Shown here piece by piece: positions 43,291-55,550 of a DNA stretch of 64,000 nucleotides. Both the position numbers and the translations under genes were made by a program. Below the pieces are notes generated by a model. It was given only the letters and a program-made list of their open reading frames with translations, ran no database searches and was not told where the DNA came from. The stretch comes from Cyanobacteriota bacterium. GTDB lineage: Bacteria > Cyanobacteriota > Cyanobacteriia > PCC-6307 > Cyanobiaceae. Position 1 is the stretch's first letter, and every line of letters begins with the position of its first letter. The stretch is from positions 320,001-384,000 of the forward strand of contig JBJOMY010000002.1 of NCBI GenBank assembly GCA_046052125.1, written 5' to 3'.

Positions 43291-45261
43291 TTGGACCGGC
43301 CAGCCACCCCTGATCCGCAGACCCTTGAGCCAGCAGCCCAGCTGATCGCCGGCCGCTATCGGCTCGAGCGGCAGCTCTCGGCCAGCGAGCAGGGTGTGTT
43401 GTGGCGCGGCACCGATCAGCTGGCTGGTGGATTGCCGGTGGCGCTGCGTCAGATCCCGGCCGATCAGGCGCAGCTGCAGGCTGAGGTGCGTCAGCTCTGG
43501 CCGCGGCTGCAGGGGGTGCTCCATCCCCAGGTGCCCCGCTTCGGAGAACTGATCGAGCAGGAGGGATCGCTTTGGTTGCCGCGGGAATGGCAGGAAGGCA
43601 GCAGCTACGCCGATCTGCTGCAGGGGCGGCGGGAGCGGCAGCTGGTGTTTGGCGCCGGTGAGGTGCTGTTGCTGCTCCGCCAGCTGCTTCCGGCCCTGGC
43701 CGTGCTCCACAGCCAGGGGCTCTGCCATGGCGATCTGAGCCCAGCCAATCTGCTGCGCCGCGATCGCGACGGCCTGCCGGTGTTGCTGGATTTCGGCCCT
43801 GGCGGTGTGACCCCCGGCTATGCCCCACCGGAGCGGGGGCGTGGCGCCGAGCCGGCCGCCTGGATGGATCTCTACAGCCTCGCGGTGGTGGCCCTGGTGC
43901 TGCTCAGCGGCGACGAACCAGCCCAGTTGCTCGATGCCGCCACGCTGCAGTGGCGCTGGCCCAGTGCCCTCGATGCCCTGCCAGGTCTGCGCCAGGCACT
44001 GGAACGGATGCTGAGCGAGGCCGCCGAGCAGCGCTTCCCCTCCGCTTCAGCGGCCCTGCAGACGTTGCAACAGCTGCCGATGCCCGAGAGCACCGGCCCC
44101 GTACCCCGGGCGGATCGCACGGTGGCGCTGGTGCCGTCGGCCCGCGCCAGCGCTACCCCCGCTGCCACCCCCGGCCCCAGCCTGCCGGCGGTCGCCGCAG
44201 CGCCTGCCGCCAAGCCGCCATCGCCGCTCCCCCGCTCCCGCCAGGAGCTCAAGGAGGAGGCCGCGGAGGGGCGCCTCTGGCCGGTGGTGCTCGCCCTGGT
44301 GGTGTCGGCTGTGGTGGGTACCGGCCTGGGTTGGCTGCTGCTCAGCCGTGGACGCCTGGCGACCCCAAGCGCCCAGCCCAGCGTGCAGCTGCCCACCAGC
44401 CTGCCGCCGGCTGAGGTGAATCAGCGCCAGCAACTGCTCAACCGGCTGCGGGCCCTGCAGATCGATCGCGGCTGGTTCCTGAAACTCGTGGACGCAAGCC
44501 TCCTGGCCCAATACCCGGAGCGGGGCGGCCGCCTGCCCAGCGACAGCCTCGATGACGCACCGCTGCGCAAGGTGTGGAACCAGCTGGCGGAGGAGTGGCT
44601 CAGCCGCGTGGAGCAGCTGCCCCTCGAGCTGCGCACCCGTCTGGGCCGCTTCACCGGCGGCGACTGGCGCCGGCGTCAGGCCGCCCTGGTGGCCAAGGGC
44701 CTGAGCGGCTCCGTGGTGGAGCAGCTCGTGTCGGGCAGTGCGCAGAACCTGTTGCCGGGCCGTGCGGGCGGTGAGATCCCGCCGGAACCCTTCCGCCAGC
44801 TCTGGTATGCCGCCGCCGAGCAGGCCCTGGCCAATGTGAAGATCGAGTCGATCCAAGCGCAGCTCGGTGAAACCAAGGTTGTGTCGGCGTCGGTGCCAGC
44901 CGCCGGAGCGCGCTTGTTCCCGATTCGTTTGCCAGCGAACAGTCGCTTGGTGCTGGGGGTGAACGGTTCGCCCCTGATGCAGATGAGCGTGTTTGGCGCC
45001 GATGGAGCGGTACTGGAAGCCCGAGGACCCTTGCGGGTGGTCACGGTGGGCGCCGTGCAGCGCTCGCCTGTGCAGTTGCTGATCACCAACGAAGGCCTCG
45101 CCTCAGCGCTGATCACCCTGTCGCTGCGGGCAGACCCGCCGCTGTTCAACCCGGTACCAAAGCCCGTGCCTGCTGCGCCGTTGGCACCCTCGGCCCCGCC
45201 GTCGGTTTTGGAGGCCTCGCCGCCGGGTCCAGGTCAGGGCTCAGCCTCACCGGGCAACTAG
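43291..45261 (+). CDS. Membrane-anchored Ser/Thr protein kinase-like protein
   Basis: GRYRL, HGDLSPANLL, LLDFG, TPGYAPPE, DLYSL, Pro/Ala linker, one TM, C-terminal domain. Confidence 0.88.
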   Translation: MDRPATPDPQTLEPAAQLIAGRYRLERQLSASEQGVLWRGTDQLAGGLPVALRQIPADQAQLQAEVRQLWPRLQGVLHPQVPRFGELIEQEGSLWLPREWQEGSSYADLLQGRRERQLVFGAGEVLLLLRQLLPALAVLHSQGLCHGDLSPANLLRRDRDGLPVLLDFGPGGVTPGYAPPERGRGAEPAAWMDLYSLAVVALVLLSGDEPAQLLDAATLQWRWPSALDALPGLRQALERMLSEAAEQRFPSASAALQTLQQLPMPESTGPVPRADRTVALVPSARASATPAATPGPSLPAVAAAPAAKPPSPLPRSRQELKEEAAEGRLWPVVLALVVSAVVGTGLGWLLLSRGRLATPSAQPSVQLPTSLPPAEVNQRQQLLNRLRALQIDRGWFLKLVDASLLAQYPERGGRLPSDSLDDAPLRKVWNQLAEEWLSRVEQLPLELRTRLGRFTGGDWRRRQAALVAKGLSGSVVEQLVSGSAQNLLPGRAGGEIPPEPFRQLWYAAAEQALANVKIESIQAQLGETKVVSASVPAAGARLFPIRLPANSRLVLGVNGSPLMQMSVFGADGAVLEARGPLRVVTVGAVQRSPVQLLITNEGLASALITLSLRADPPLFNPVPKPVPAAPLAPSAPPSVLEASPPGPGQGSASPGN

Positions 45262-45347
45262 ACCAACAGCCCGAGGGTTGACTGCAGCCGGATTGGTTAC
45301 GGCCGCCTGCCCCGGGAGGCGGCCTGCACATGTGCTCAGTCGAGATC

Positions 45348-45385
45348 TTCGGATCTGTACAAACCGTACGGAACTGTGGACGGCG
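45348..45385. repeat. Dispersed intergenic palindrome, copy 4 of 4
   Basis: TTCGGATCT-GTAC-AAACC-GTAC-GGAACTGTGGACGGCG. Confidence 0.72.
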
Positions 45386-45535
45386 CTTGAGCGGGTTTAG
45401 AGCTCTGCTTGGGCAGTCTTAGAGCTGCGTTGGTGGGTGCAGAACTCCCCAACGATTGGAGCGTTCAGATGCCCTCCAGGTTGTGACTTGCCTTGGGCGC
45501 TCCTCTCAGGGCGCATCGCTCACGCCAGCTGCTCC

Positions 45536-46033
45536 TCAGTAGCGGGCGATCGCGGCCTTGGCGTCCTTGATGTCCTGCTTGCGGCGCTCTTCCTGGCGCT
45601 TGTCGTGGAGTTTGCGGCCCTTACCCAGGCCGATGGTGGCCTTGATCCAGGAACCCTTGAGGTGCAGGTTGAGCGGGATCAGGGTGAGGCCCTTCTGATC
45701 GAGGGCCACCCGCAGCTTGTCGATCTCACGGCGGTGCGCCAGCAGAGGGCGCATGCGCAGCGGGTCGTGGTTGAAGTAGGCGCCGGCGTGGCTATGGGGG
45801 GAGATGTGCACGTTGTGCAGCTGCAGCTGGCCGTTGCGGATCAGGCAGAAGCCATCGCGCAGGTTCACCTGGCCCGCTCGGATCGACTTCACCTCGGTGC
45901 CGAGCAGCTCGATGCCGCACTCGAGCGTTTCCAGGATTTCGTATTGGTGGCGCGCGAAGCGGTTGTCCGCCAGCAGCTTGTTGGCGGCATCCCGCAGGGC
46001 CTTGGCGCTCTTCTTGCCACCGCCCTTCGCCAT
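45536..46033 (-). CDS. smpB: SsrA-binding protein
   Basis: [27 protein letters not shown]. Confidence 0.97.
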   Translation of the reverse strand: MAKGGGKKSAKALRDAANKLLADNRFARHQYEILETLECGIELLGTEVKSIRAGQVNLRDGFCLIRNGQLQLHNVHISPHSHAGAYFNHDPLRMRPLLAHRREIDKLRVALDQKGLTLIPLNLHLKGSWIKATIGLGKGRKLHDKRQEERRKQDIKDAKAAIARY

Positions 46034-46115
46034 AGCGCTGCCGTTGCTCCTGCTCCACTATTCACCCGACCCTAGGGATCTCCCGGCCAGCCGCCAGCGC
46101 CGGTACCCTCGGGCG

Positions 46116-47195
<1,080 letters not shown>

Positions 47196-47208
47196 GCAGG
47201 TTGTTCTG

Positions 47209-47979
47209 ATGACCACTCTGTTGGCCGTGGTGCTCAGCCTGCAGTTGGCGGTGTCGGCAGCGTTGCCGCAGCTGTTTGATCAGGCCCTCAGCGCCAGCCG
47301 TGATGGCGATTTCGGCCGCGCCCTGCCCCTTTGGGATCAGGTGATTCAGATCGCTCCTGGGGATGCCGCTGCCTGGAGCAACCGCGGCAACGTGCGCCTG
47401 GCGCTCGGGGATGCCGAAGCGGCGATCGCCGACCAGAGCGAGGCGATGCTGCTTGATCCCCAGAGCCCCGATCCCCATCTCAACCGCGGCACGGCGGAGG
47501 AGGCCCTGCAGCGCTGGGATGCCGCTGAGGCCGACTACCGCTGGATCCTCGAGGCCAATGCGGCGGCCGGCGAGCCGCAGGATGCCTCGGCCCTCTACAA
47601 CCTGGGCAACGTGCAGGGCTCCCGCGGCGATTGGGCCGCGGCCCGCGAGAGCTTCGTGCAGGCCGCCGATGCTCGGCCGGGGTTTGCCATGGCCCGCTCC
47701 AGTGGCGCCCTGGCGGCTTTTCAGCTGGGGGAGCTGGATCAGGCGGAGCTGGAACTGCGCCGCTTGATCCGCCGCTATCCCTTATTCGCCGATGCCAGAG
47801 CCGGGCTCACGGCATTGCTCTGGCGCCGCGGTGCCCGCGGGGAAGCGGAAAGCCACTGGGCCTCGGCCTCGGGTCTCGACCCGCGCTACCGCCAGCCAGA
47901 ATGGCTGCTCGAGATCCGTCGCTGGCCTCCGGAACCGGTGCAGGCTCTCAGCGATTTCCTGGATCTCAACAACGGATGA
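47209..47979 (+). CDS. Tetratricopeptide repeat protein
   Basis: AAWSNRGN, PHLNRG, ALYNLGN repeats. Confidence 0.9.
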   Translation: MTTLLAVVLSLQLAVSAALPQLFDQALSASRDGDFGRALPLWDQVIQIAPGDAAAWSNRGNVRLALGDAEAAIADQSEAMLLDPQSPDPHLNRGTAEEALQRWDAAEADYRWILEANAAAGEPQDASALYNLGNVQGSRGDWAAARESFVQAADARPGFAMARSSGALAAFQLGELDQAELELRRLIRRYPLFADARAGLTALLWRRGARGEAESHWASASGLDPRYRQPEWLLEIRRWPPEPVQALSDFLDLNNG

Positions 47980-49157
47980 ATGCAGTCCAGCTCAAGGCAG
48001 CGGTGGCCGCGCAGCTGCCGGAGCTGGTGGCGATTCGCAGGCACCTGCACGCTCACCCTGAGCTGAGCGGCAACGAGCATCAGACGGCCGCGCTCGTGGC
48101 GGGTGAACTGCGCAGCCTCGGCTGGCGGGTGCAGGAGGGGGTGGGTCGTACGGGTGTGGTGGCGGAACTCGGTCCTACGGGCAGCGATGGCCCCGTGGTG
48201 GCCCTACGTGTGGATATGGACGCCCTGCCGGTGGAGGAGCGCAGCGGTGTGCCCTACGCCTCGGTGCATCAAGGCCTGATGCACGCCTGCGGCCACGACA
48301 TTCACACCACCGTGGGGCTGGGGGTGGCGCGGGTGTTGGCCCCCTTGGCCGATCAGTTGGCGGCCAGGGTGCGGATCCTGTTTCAGCCGGCGGAAGAAAC
48401 CGCCCAGGGGGCGGCCTGGATGATTGCTGATGGCGCCATGCAGGGGGTGGACGCCCTGTTTGGCGTGCACGTGTTCCCCAGTCTGGAGGCCGGCACGATC
48501 GGCGTGCGCAGCGGCAGCCTCACGGCGGCGGCCGGCGAGCTGGAGGTGGAGGTGCTCGGCGAAGGGGGCCACGGCGCCCGCCCCCACCAGAGCACCGATG
48601 CGATCTGGATCGCGGCGCGGGTGGTGAGTGGTTTGCAGGAGGCGATCAGCCGCCGCCTTGATGCTCTGCATCCGGTGGTGGTGAGCTTCGGGCGGATCGA
48701 AGGGGGCAAAGCGTTCAACGTGATCGCCGATCACGTGCGCCTGCTCGGCACCGTGCGCTGCCTCGATCTGGAGCTGCATGCCGAATTGCCTGGCTGGATC
48801 GAAGACACGGTGAAGGCGATCTGCACCGCCTATGGCGGAGAAGCGCGGGTGAGCTACCGCTGCATCTCGCCGCCGGTGCACAACGATCCTGCGCTCACCG
48901 AGCTGGTGGCGGATGCAGCCACCGAGCTCCTCGGGCGCCAGCAGGTGCACTGGCTGGAGCAACCCTCCCTGGGTGCGGAGGATTTCGCCGAACTGCAGCA
49001 GGGCACCCGCGCCACGATGTTTCGGTTGGGGGTGGCGGGGCCTGAGGGCTGCACACCGCTTCACAGCAGCACGTTCCGGCCCGATGAACGCTGCCTGGCG
49101 GTGGGGGTGGAAGTGCTCAGCGCCAGCCTGTTGCGCTGGATCGAGGCCCGGCCATGA
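47976..49157 (+). CDS. M20-family amidohydrolase
   Basis: RRHLHAHPELS, RVDMDALP, MHACGHD, FQPAEE, GAEDF. Confidence 0.95.
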   Translation: MNAVQLKAAVAAQLPELVAIRRHLHAHPELSGNEHQTAALVAGELRSLGWRVQEGVGRTGVVAELGPTGSDGPVVALRVDMDALPVEERSGVPYASVHQGLMHACGHDIHTTVGLGVARVLAPLADQLAARVRILFQPAEETAQGAAWMIADGAMQGVDALFGVHVFPSLEAGTIGVRSGSLTAAAGELEVEVLGEGGHGARPHQSTDAIWIAARVVSGLQEAISRRLDALHPVVVSFGRIEGGKAFNVIADHVRLLGTVRCLDLELHAELPGWIEDTVKAICTAYGGEARVSYRCISPPVHNDPALTELVADAATELLGRQQVHWLEQPSLGAEDFAELQQGTRATMFRLGVAGPEGCTPLHSSTFRPDERCLAVGVEVLSASLLRWIEARP

Positions 49158-49381
49158 CTCCAGCTCGCTCCCGCTTCAGCCGCGATTTGCTCGCCCTGGC
49201 CACGCCGCTGTTGATCCTGTTGTCGCTGGTGGGGGTGAGCTTGCGGCAGGGCTCCGATCGCCTTCAGGCGGTGCCGGCCCTGGTGATCGGCGTGTCGCTG
49301 TTGCTCCAGAGCGCCTGGAGCTGGCGCCGCCGCCGTCGGGCCCTGCTCACGGCTTTGCACGATCACTCCGGCGAGTCCTGA
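49154..49381 (+). CDS. Small two-TM membrane protein (DUF3188-like)
   Basis: Two hydrophobic helices, basic tail, ATGA overlap with the upstream gene. Confidence 0.65.
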   Translation: MTPARSRFSRDLLALATPLLILLSLVGVSLRQGSDRLQAVPALVIGVSLLLQSAWSWRRRRRALLTALHDHSGES

Positions 49382-49409
49382 CCCAGAGTGGGTTGCCCAG
49401 CGTGAGCGC

Positions 49410-50000
49410 ATGAACTTCGATGCCCTGCGAGAGGCCATCGCCTCCGATAGTCCCGGCCGCTCCCGGCCGGCGCTGGCCAGCCTGGTGGACGCCACACCTG
49501 AGGAGGCTGAACCGCTGCTGCTGCTCGGCTTGCAGCAGAGCGACATGCTGCTGCGCCAGTTGAGCTGCTCTGGGCTGGGGCACAAACCCACCCCCGCCGG
49601 CTGGGAACCCCTGGTGAACACCCTCCAAAACGACCCTGAGGTGGCGGTGCGCGCTGAAGCGGCCAATGCCCTGGTGAGCCATGGCCTTGAGCGGGCCTGG
49701 CCGCTGTTGCTGGAGGCCTTTCAGCGGGAGCGCGAGTGGTTGCTGCGCTGCAGCGTGCTCTCCGCGGTGGCAGAGCATCCAGAAATGAGCGCCGATCAGC
49801 TGCTGGAGATCGGCAAGCTCGCCCTGGAGGACGCCGATGGAACCGTGCGTGTGGGTGGCACGGAGGTGTTGGGCCGGCTGGTGCGGGAGTGCCCGCCGGA
49901 TGCAGCGGCGGTGGCTGAGGCCAGAGCTGCTTTGGCGCAGCTGCAACACGATGAGGATCACCGGGTGGTGGCCGCGGCCCTGAATGGTTTGCAGGGCTGA
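49410..50000 (+). CDS. HEAT-repeat protein
   Basis: DPEVAVRAEAANAL, DADGTVR, DEDHRVVAAALNGL. Confidence 0.85.
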   Translation: MNFDALREAIASDSPGRSRPALASLVDATPEEAEPLLLLGLQQSDMLLRQLSCSGLGHKPTPAGWEPLVNTLQNDPEVAVRAEAANALVSHGLERAWPLLLEAFQREREWLLRCSVLSAVAEHPEMSADQLLEIGKLALEDADGTVRVGGTEVLGRLVRECPPDAAAVAEARAALAQLQHDEDHRVVAAALNGLQG

Positions 50001-50043
50001 TCAGGCGGCCGGGGCTCGTTTCGGCCTTGCTAGGTTTCGAATG

Positions 50044-50122
50044 TCACTAGGGGTGCCCCTGAATAGGGGCTGAGATCACACCCTCCGAACCTGATCCGGG
50101 TCATGCCGGCGCAGGGAAGTGA
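50044..50122 (+). promoter_or_regulatory. TPP riboswitch
   Basis: TCACT-AGGGGTGC...GCTGAGA...ACCC...GAACCTGATCCGGGTCATGCCGGCGCAGGGA-AGTGA; consensus elements and P1 pairing directly upstream of thiC. Confidence 0.96.
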
Positions 50123-50187
50123 GAAGAGAACCTCAGGCTGCGCCCCGTACTTGCCGGTTGATCCGGCCGTATCACCCTTCGCCGTAG

Positions 50188-51588
<1,401 letters not shown>

Positions 51589-51668
51589 TCTGTCTCGTTG
51601 ATCGAGAATCGTCCCCGAAATTCCTTAACAGTGTCAATCCGATACTGGCAACCTGATGTGTGCGTCTG

Positions 51669-52658
51669 ATGCAAGAAAATAAATCTCTCGATCGCCCTAG
51701 AAAGATCGCAATCGTTACAACAGCTTACAATGAAGCAGGAAATATTGCCGATTTTGTGGCGCAGATCGACTTCATTGCGAATGACTTCGTCTGCGCCTGC
51801 GGCGATCTTGCGGATTATTCAATCTGGGTTGCCAATAATGGCAGTACAGACGAAACCCTGGCTGAGCTGCTGCGGCTGCAGGAGGTATATAAACATCTCT
51901 ATGTGCTTAATAACTACTTTAACTATGGTTATGATGTATCGATTTTAAATTGCCTGAGCCTCGTTCAGGCTGATCTGTATGTGGTCATGTGCAGTGACCT
52001 AGAAGATCCACCTGAGACTGCCAAGGAGCTGATCAAGCACTATTTGGTGGAGTCTGCCATGGATCCTCAGATCGATAGCATAATCGCGTGCAAACACGTT
52101 AAGCAGAGTCCGATCATTAAAATCTTTAGGAAAGGCTACTATCTTATCTCCGGGTTTGGTGAAAGACGATCTGAAGTCAATGGCTTCCACGGTTTTGGTA
52201 TTTATACACAGAATGTTATTCAAAGAGCGTCTCTGTACGCTAAGCACACATCTGCGAACGCAAGATCCTCCCTGCTTTGGGGATCTAAAGTTTCACAGAA
52301 GATCTTTTATCAAAAGGGTAGCCGAAAGTCTGGAGCTTCAAGCTATACTATTTTTCGGTATATGATGGAAGCTCTTAATCAGATTATGGATCTTCCAGCT
52401 CTTTCAACTCGGCTGGCGATCCGGCTCTCGATAATTTGTGCGCTGATTGCGATAGTGCTAATTCTTGTGATTGTTGTTAATTACTTTTTGTTATTCATGA
52501 GTTTCTCAAGTGGTATATCAACTGTGTTGGTACTGGTTTGCGGGCTCTTCTCGATGCTATTTCTTGTTGTCGCCCTTTTGTCAAAGCAAATTGAGAATAT
52601 CAGATCGCCAAATCTTCTAATTACAGCAGCAGCAGAAGTCTATGCTCCTAAAGCGTAA
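51669..52658 (+). CDS. GT2 polyprenol-phosphate glycosyltransferase (GtrB-like, divergent)
   Basis: IVTTAYNEAGNI, NNGSTD, SDLEDPP, RKSGASSY, two C-terminal TM helices. Confidence 0.82.
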   Translation: MQENKSLDRPRKIAIVTTAYNEAGNIADFVAQIDFIANDFVCACGDLADYSIWVANNGSTDETLAELLRLQEVYKHLYVLNNYFNYGYDVSILNCLSLVQADLYVVMCSDLEDPPETAKELIKHYLVESAMDPQIDSIIACKHVKQSPIIKIFRKGYYLISGFGERRSEVNGFHGFGIYTQNVIQRASLYAKHTSANARSSLLWGSKVSQKIFYQKGSRKSGASSYTIFRYMMEALNQIMDLPALSTRLAIRLSIICALIAIVLILVIVVNYFLLFMSFSSGISTVLVLVCGLFSMLFLVVALLSKQIENIRSPNLLITAAAEVYAPKA

Positions 52659-53037
52659 AGCTCTCCTCTTGATTGAGGAATCTTACTTAGTAAGGTACCT
52701 GCTGAGTGGCCTCGTCGTCACTGCTTATTCGCTTATCGTATTAACCTTGCTGACGCGGATTAATTTTTATATTGCTTATATCGTTGTTGAGCTTACTTCG
52801 AATCTGATCAGGTGTTGTCTATTTGAGCAATTTGTATTTGTCAGGGATGAAGGCCCGCTGCTTGTCAGGCTGAAGCGCTACGGAATCGCTACGCTACCTG
52901 TCATCGGTGTTAATTACTTGACGTATTTTTTGCTGCCAGCCAGTCCATTTATCGCAAGCCTGAGGGCAGTTGCCATTGCCATAGTCCTAGGCTTTATCCT
53001 GGCCAAGAAGGTCTATTCTAAAGATCGAATAGCTTAG
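52642..53037 (+). CDS. GtrA-like flippase
   Basis: 131 aa, four hydrophobic segments, VRYLLSG, QFVF, KKVY; overlaps the GtrB-like gene. Confidence 0.65.
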   Translation: MLLKRKALLLIEESYLVRYLLSGLVVTAYSLIVLTLLTRINFYIAYIVVELTSNLIRCCLFEQFVFVRDEGPLLVRLKRYGIATLPVIGVNYLTYFLLPASPFIASLRAVAIAIVLGFILAKKVYSKDRIA

Positions 53038-53896
53038 ACGCTTGGTGCAAATAGTTTTCACTGCCTACCAAGCCAATGGTCTCTGTTAGGAGTGATTTTG
53101 ATCTGACTTTGCTAATATGTTTTGTGCCGATCAGGCTTTCTAAGACCCAAGAGCAGAATCCAGCATCCAGAAGATGATCTTCAATGATCACGATCTCATC
53201 ATACTGATCAGCAAAGCTTGACATGTGTGCCTTATGCCGCAGTCCCCAGGCCGGCAACGTGTAATGGCTGAAGTCTTCGTGGCTTTGTACGTAGGCATGA
53301 GCGCCCTGCCCACAGAAGCCGGTTGTCAGAAGAACACGCCTCGCTGCGCGTTTACCGGATACGTACACAGGGATACCCGGTGTAATGGTACGTTTGGCAG
53401 CGGTGATGAGATCTTCTCCTGCTTTGTGAAGCCTCAGATAGGAGGGCGATGTGTACTTGATAATTGAAGCGAAACAGTTGCTAGCTTCATTGGCATCAAC
53501 GGGTGCATAAATCGTCGTATTTGGCAGCGTTCTCATTAATGCCATGTCTTGAATGGCATGGTGAGAATAGCCCATGTTCCCATAAGCGACACCGCCGCCT
53601 ACACTGACAGTGCAAACGGGTAGATTGTGGTAGTCAATATCGTTCCTGATTTGCTCTGCACACCTAAACGTATTGAAGTTGCCGATTGAGTAGCAGAATA
53701 CGTGAAAGCCTTCGGAAGCAATACCTGCGGCAATGCCCGCCATATTTTGTTCGGCTACTCCAACATTGATAAAGTTATCGGGGTGCTTCTCGTAGAATTC
53801 CTCAACAACAGAGAAGCCCAAGTCGCCAACTAGAAGAAAGGCGTTTCCTCCCTCGTCATTATATCGGACCAAGCTGTGTATTAAAGAATTTCTCAT
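53018..53896 (-). CDS. Split transketolase, C-terminal (pyrimidine-binding) subunit
   Basis: GDLGF, FINVGVAEQNM, RCAEQIRND, SHHA, YLRL, EDH. Confidence 0.9.
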   Translation of the reverse strand: MRNSLIHSLVRYNDEGGNAFLLVGDLGFSVVEEFYEKHPDNFINVGVAEQNMAGIAAGIASEGFHVFCYSIGNFNTFRCAEQIRNDIDYHNLPVCTVSVGGGVAYGNMGYSHHAIQDMALMRTLPNTTIYAPVDANEASNCFASIIKYTSPSYLRLHKAGEDLITAAKRTITPGIPVYVSGKRAARRVLLTTGFCGQGAHAYVQSHEDFSHYTLPAWGLRHKAHMSSFADQYDEIVIIEDHLLDAGFCSWVLESLIGTKHISKVRSKSLLTETIGLVGSENYLHQASKLFDL

Positions 53897-54684
53897 TGGT
53901 AAAAGTTCTCGAGTTCAATGGTCAGTTCATCGAGCTGTGAAGTGCTTGGTGGCTTGTAGTGCCACTCCACCTTGTTGGTCATGAACGAGATGGGATGCCC
54001 TTTGGTAGTGTCACAGAGAATGAGCTTCGGTTTCGAATTTGAATCTGCGGCAAACGCAGATCGTAATTCAGTCAGAGAATGTCCATCGCATCGGATAACG
54101 TGCCAATTGAATGCATTCAACTTATCTTCAAGTGGCTCTAGATCCAGTGTGTTATATGTTGTGGTCAAGCTCTGCAACTTATTGTAATCGACGATGGCCG
54201 TTAGGTTTTCCAGCTTGTGATAGCCCGCAAACATGAAAGCTTCCCAGTTGCTACCTTCATCTAATTCGCCATCGCTCAGTAAGCAATAGACTCTTCTGGT
54301 GATCGCCTTTCTTTTGCGTAAAACCGCCTTTCCAACAGCAAAGGGCAGGCCGTGACCCAAGGAGCCGGTTGAAAATTCTACATGCTTAACCTTATGGCAT
54401 ATATGGGCCATTAAGGGCGAGCCATCCAAGGCGTATGTATCGAGCTGCTCGTCGTCAAGGTAACCCTGGCAATTCAAGGCGCTATAGACTCCTGCGCAGC
54501 AGTGACCCTTTGAAAGGATAAAAGTATCGGCAAAGCTGGAGTCGTTCTTGGATAGGATCTCTCCATAGAGAAGAGCAATAATGTCTGCGGAAGAAAAGAC
54601 GCCACCGATGTGTGAGCTTTTCGCGCGATGGATGATGCGAGCAGCCCGCAGTCTAATTTCTAGTTGAAGTTGTTTAGTGTCCAC
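53893..54684 (-). CDS. Split transketolase, N-terminal (ThDP-binding) subunit
   Basis: SHIGG, FILSKGH, STGSLGHGL, SDGELDEGSNWEA...DYN, DGH, TTKG, WH. Confidence 0.92.
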   Translation of the reverse strand: MDTKQLQLEIRLRAARIIHRAKSSHIGGVFSSADIIALLYGEILSKNDSSFADTFILSKGHCCAGVYSALNCQGYLDDEQLDTYALDGSPLMAHICHKVKHVEFSTGSLGHGLPFAVGKAVLRKRKAITRRVYCLLSDGELDEGSNWEAFMFAGYHKLENLTAIVDYNKLQSLTTTYNTLDLEPLEDKLNAFNWHVIRCDGHSLTELRSAFAADSNSKPKLILCDTTKGHPISFMTNKVEWHYKPPSTSQLDELTIELENFYQ

Positions 54685-55550
54685 TATTCAAAACCATGTG
54701 ATTTAAAATAGTCTACAGTGCGCTTGATTCCTTCCTCAATGCTGACAAGTGGCTGCCAGCCTGTAGCTGCTTTCAGCTTCTCATTGCTGCCCTGCAAATG
54801 AGAAACCTGGTCTGCTCTGAATGGCACCTGCCCGTAGCGCGGCCGACCGTTTTCGGGGTTGATGTAGGCATAAATCTGATCAACAACGTCGCGCAGCTTT
54901 ACTGGTTTGTCAGACGAGAGGTTGTAGGTGCTGTCTTTGGGAGCCAGGCAAGGGGACAGCATTCGTACGCATCTGCATAGGTCTTCGATATAGACATAAT
55001 CCCAATACTGAGTACACTCCGTTAAGTTGGGTGATTCGCCCTGTAGCGCGCACTTAATCACATAGGGCATGAACCAGGCTGGGTTATCTCCGGGGCCGTA
55101 GGGATCATAGAGGCGAAGCCAGCATAGGTTGAAGCCCGCTTGATCAAGGCAGCTTCTGAAGATGTTGTGGCATCTGACCTTGATTTCTCCGTAGAGAGTT
55201 GTTGGTGTTGTCGGATAGGTTTCGTCGACACGGATATTTGGATTTCCATATTCTGCTTGAGAGCCAAAAGCGACGATGGTCTTGACGTTATACGCTTCAG
55301 CTATTCTGATCACCTGAGCAGTGATGTCTTCGTTGATTCTTTGTTCGTCGGAGTTTCTGTGCTTGCCAAGCACGCCAGCCCAGGCTGAATGAATCAGGAT
55401 TGGTTGCTCTTCAAACACTGCATGTCTGAGCTTCCCTGCAGCAAGTTCAGCCCTGCTGATGCATGTGACGTGGTCGCCAAGATTGGTTAGATAATGAGCC
55501 AAGGAGTTGCCGACAAAGCCAGTCGACCCCGTGATCAAATAAGTGGTCAT
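54684..55550 (-). CDS. NAD-dependent epimerase/dehydratase (CDP-sugar reductase-like)
   Basis: GSTGFVG, GSQAEYG, YGEIK, YGPGD, WDYVYIED. Confidence 0.9.
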   Translation of the reverse strand: MTTYLITGSTGFVGNSLAHYLTNLGDHVTCISRAELAAGKLRHAVFEEQPILIHSAWAGVLGKHRNSDEQRINEDITAQVIRIAEAYNVKTIVAFGSQAEYGNPNIRVDETYPTTPTTLYGEIKVRCHNIFRSCLDQAGFNLCWLRLYDPYGPGDNPAWFMPYVIKCALQGESPNLTECTQYWDYVYIEDLCRCVRMLSPCLAPKDSTYNLSSDKPVKLRDVVDQIYAYINPENGRPRYGQVPFRADQVSHLQGSNEKLKAATGWQPLVSIEEGIKRTVDYFKSHGFE

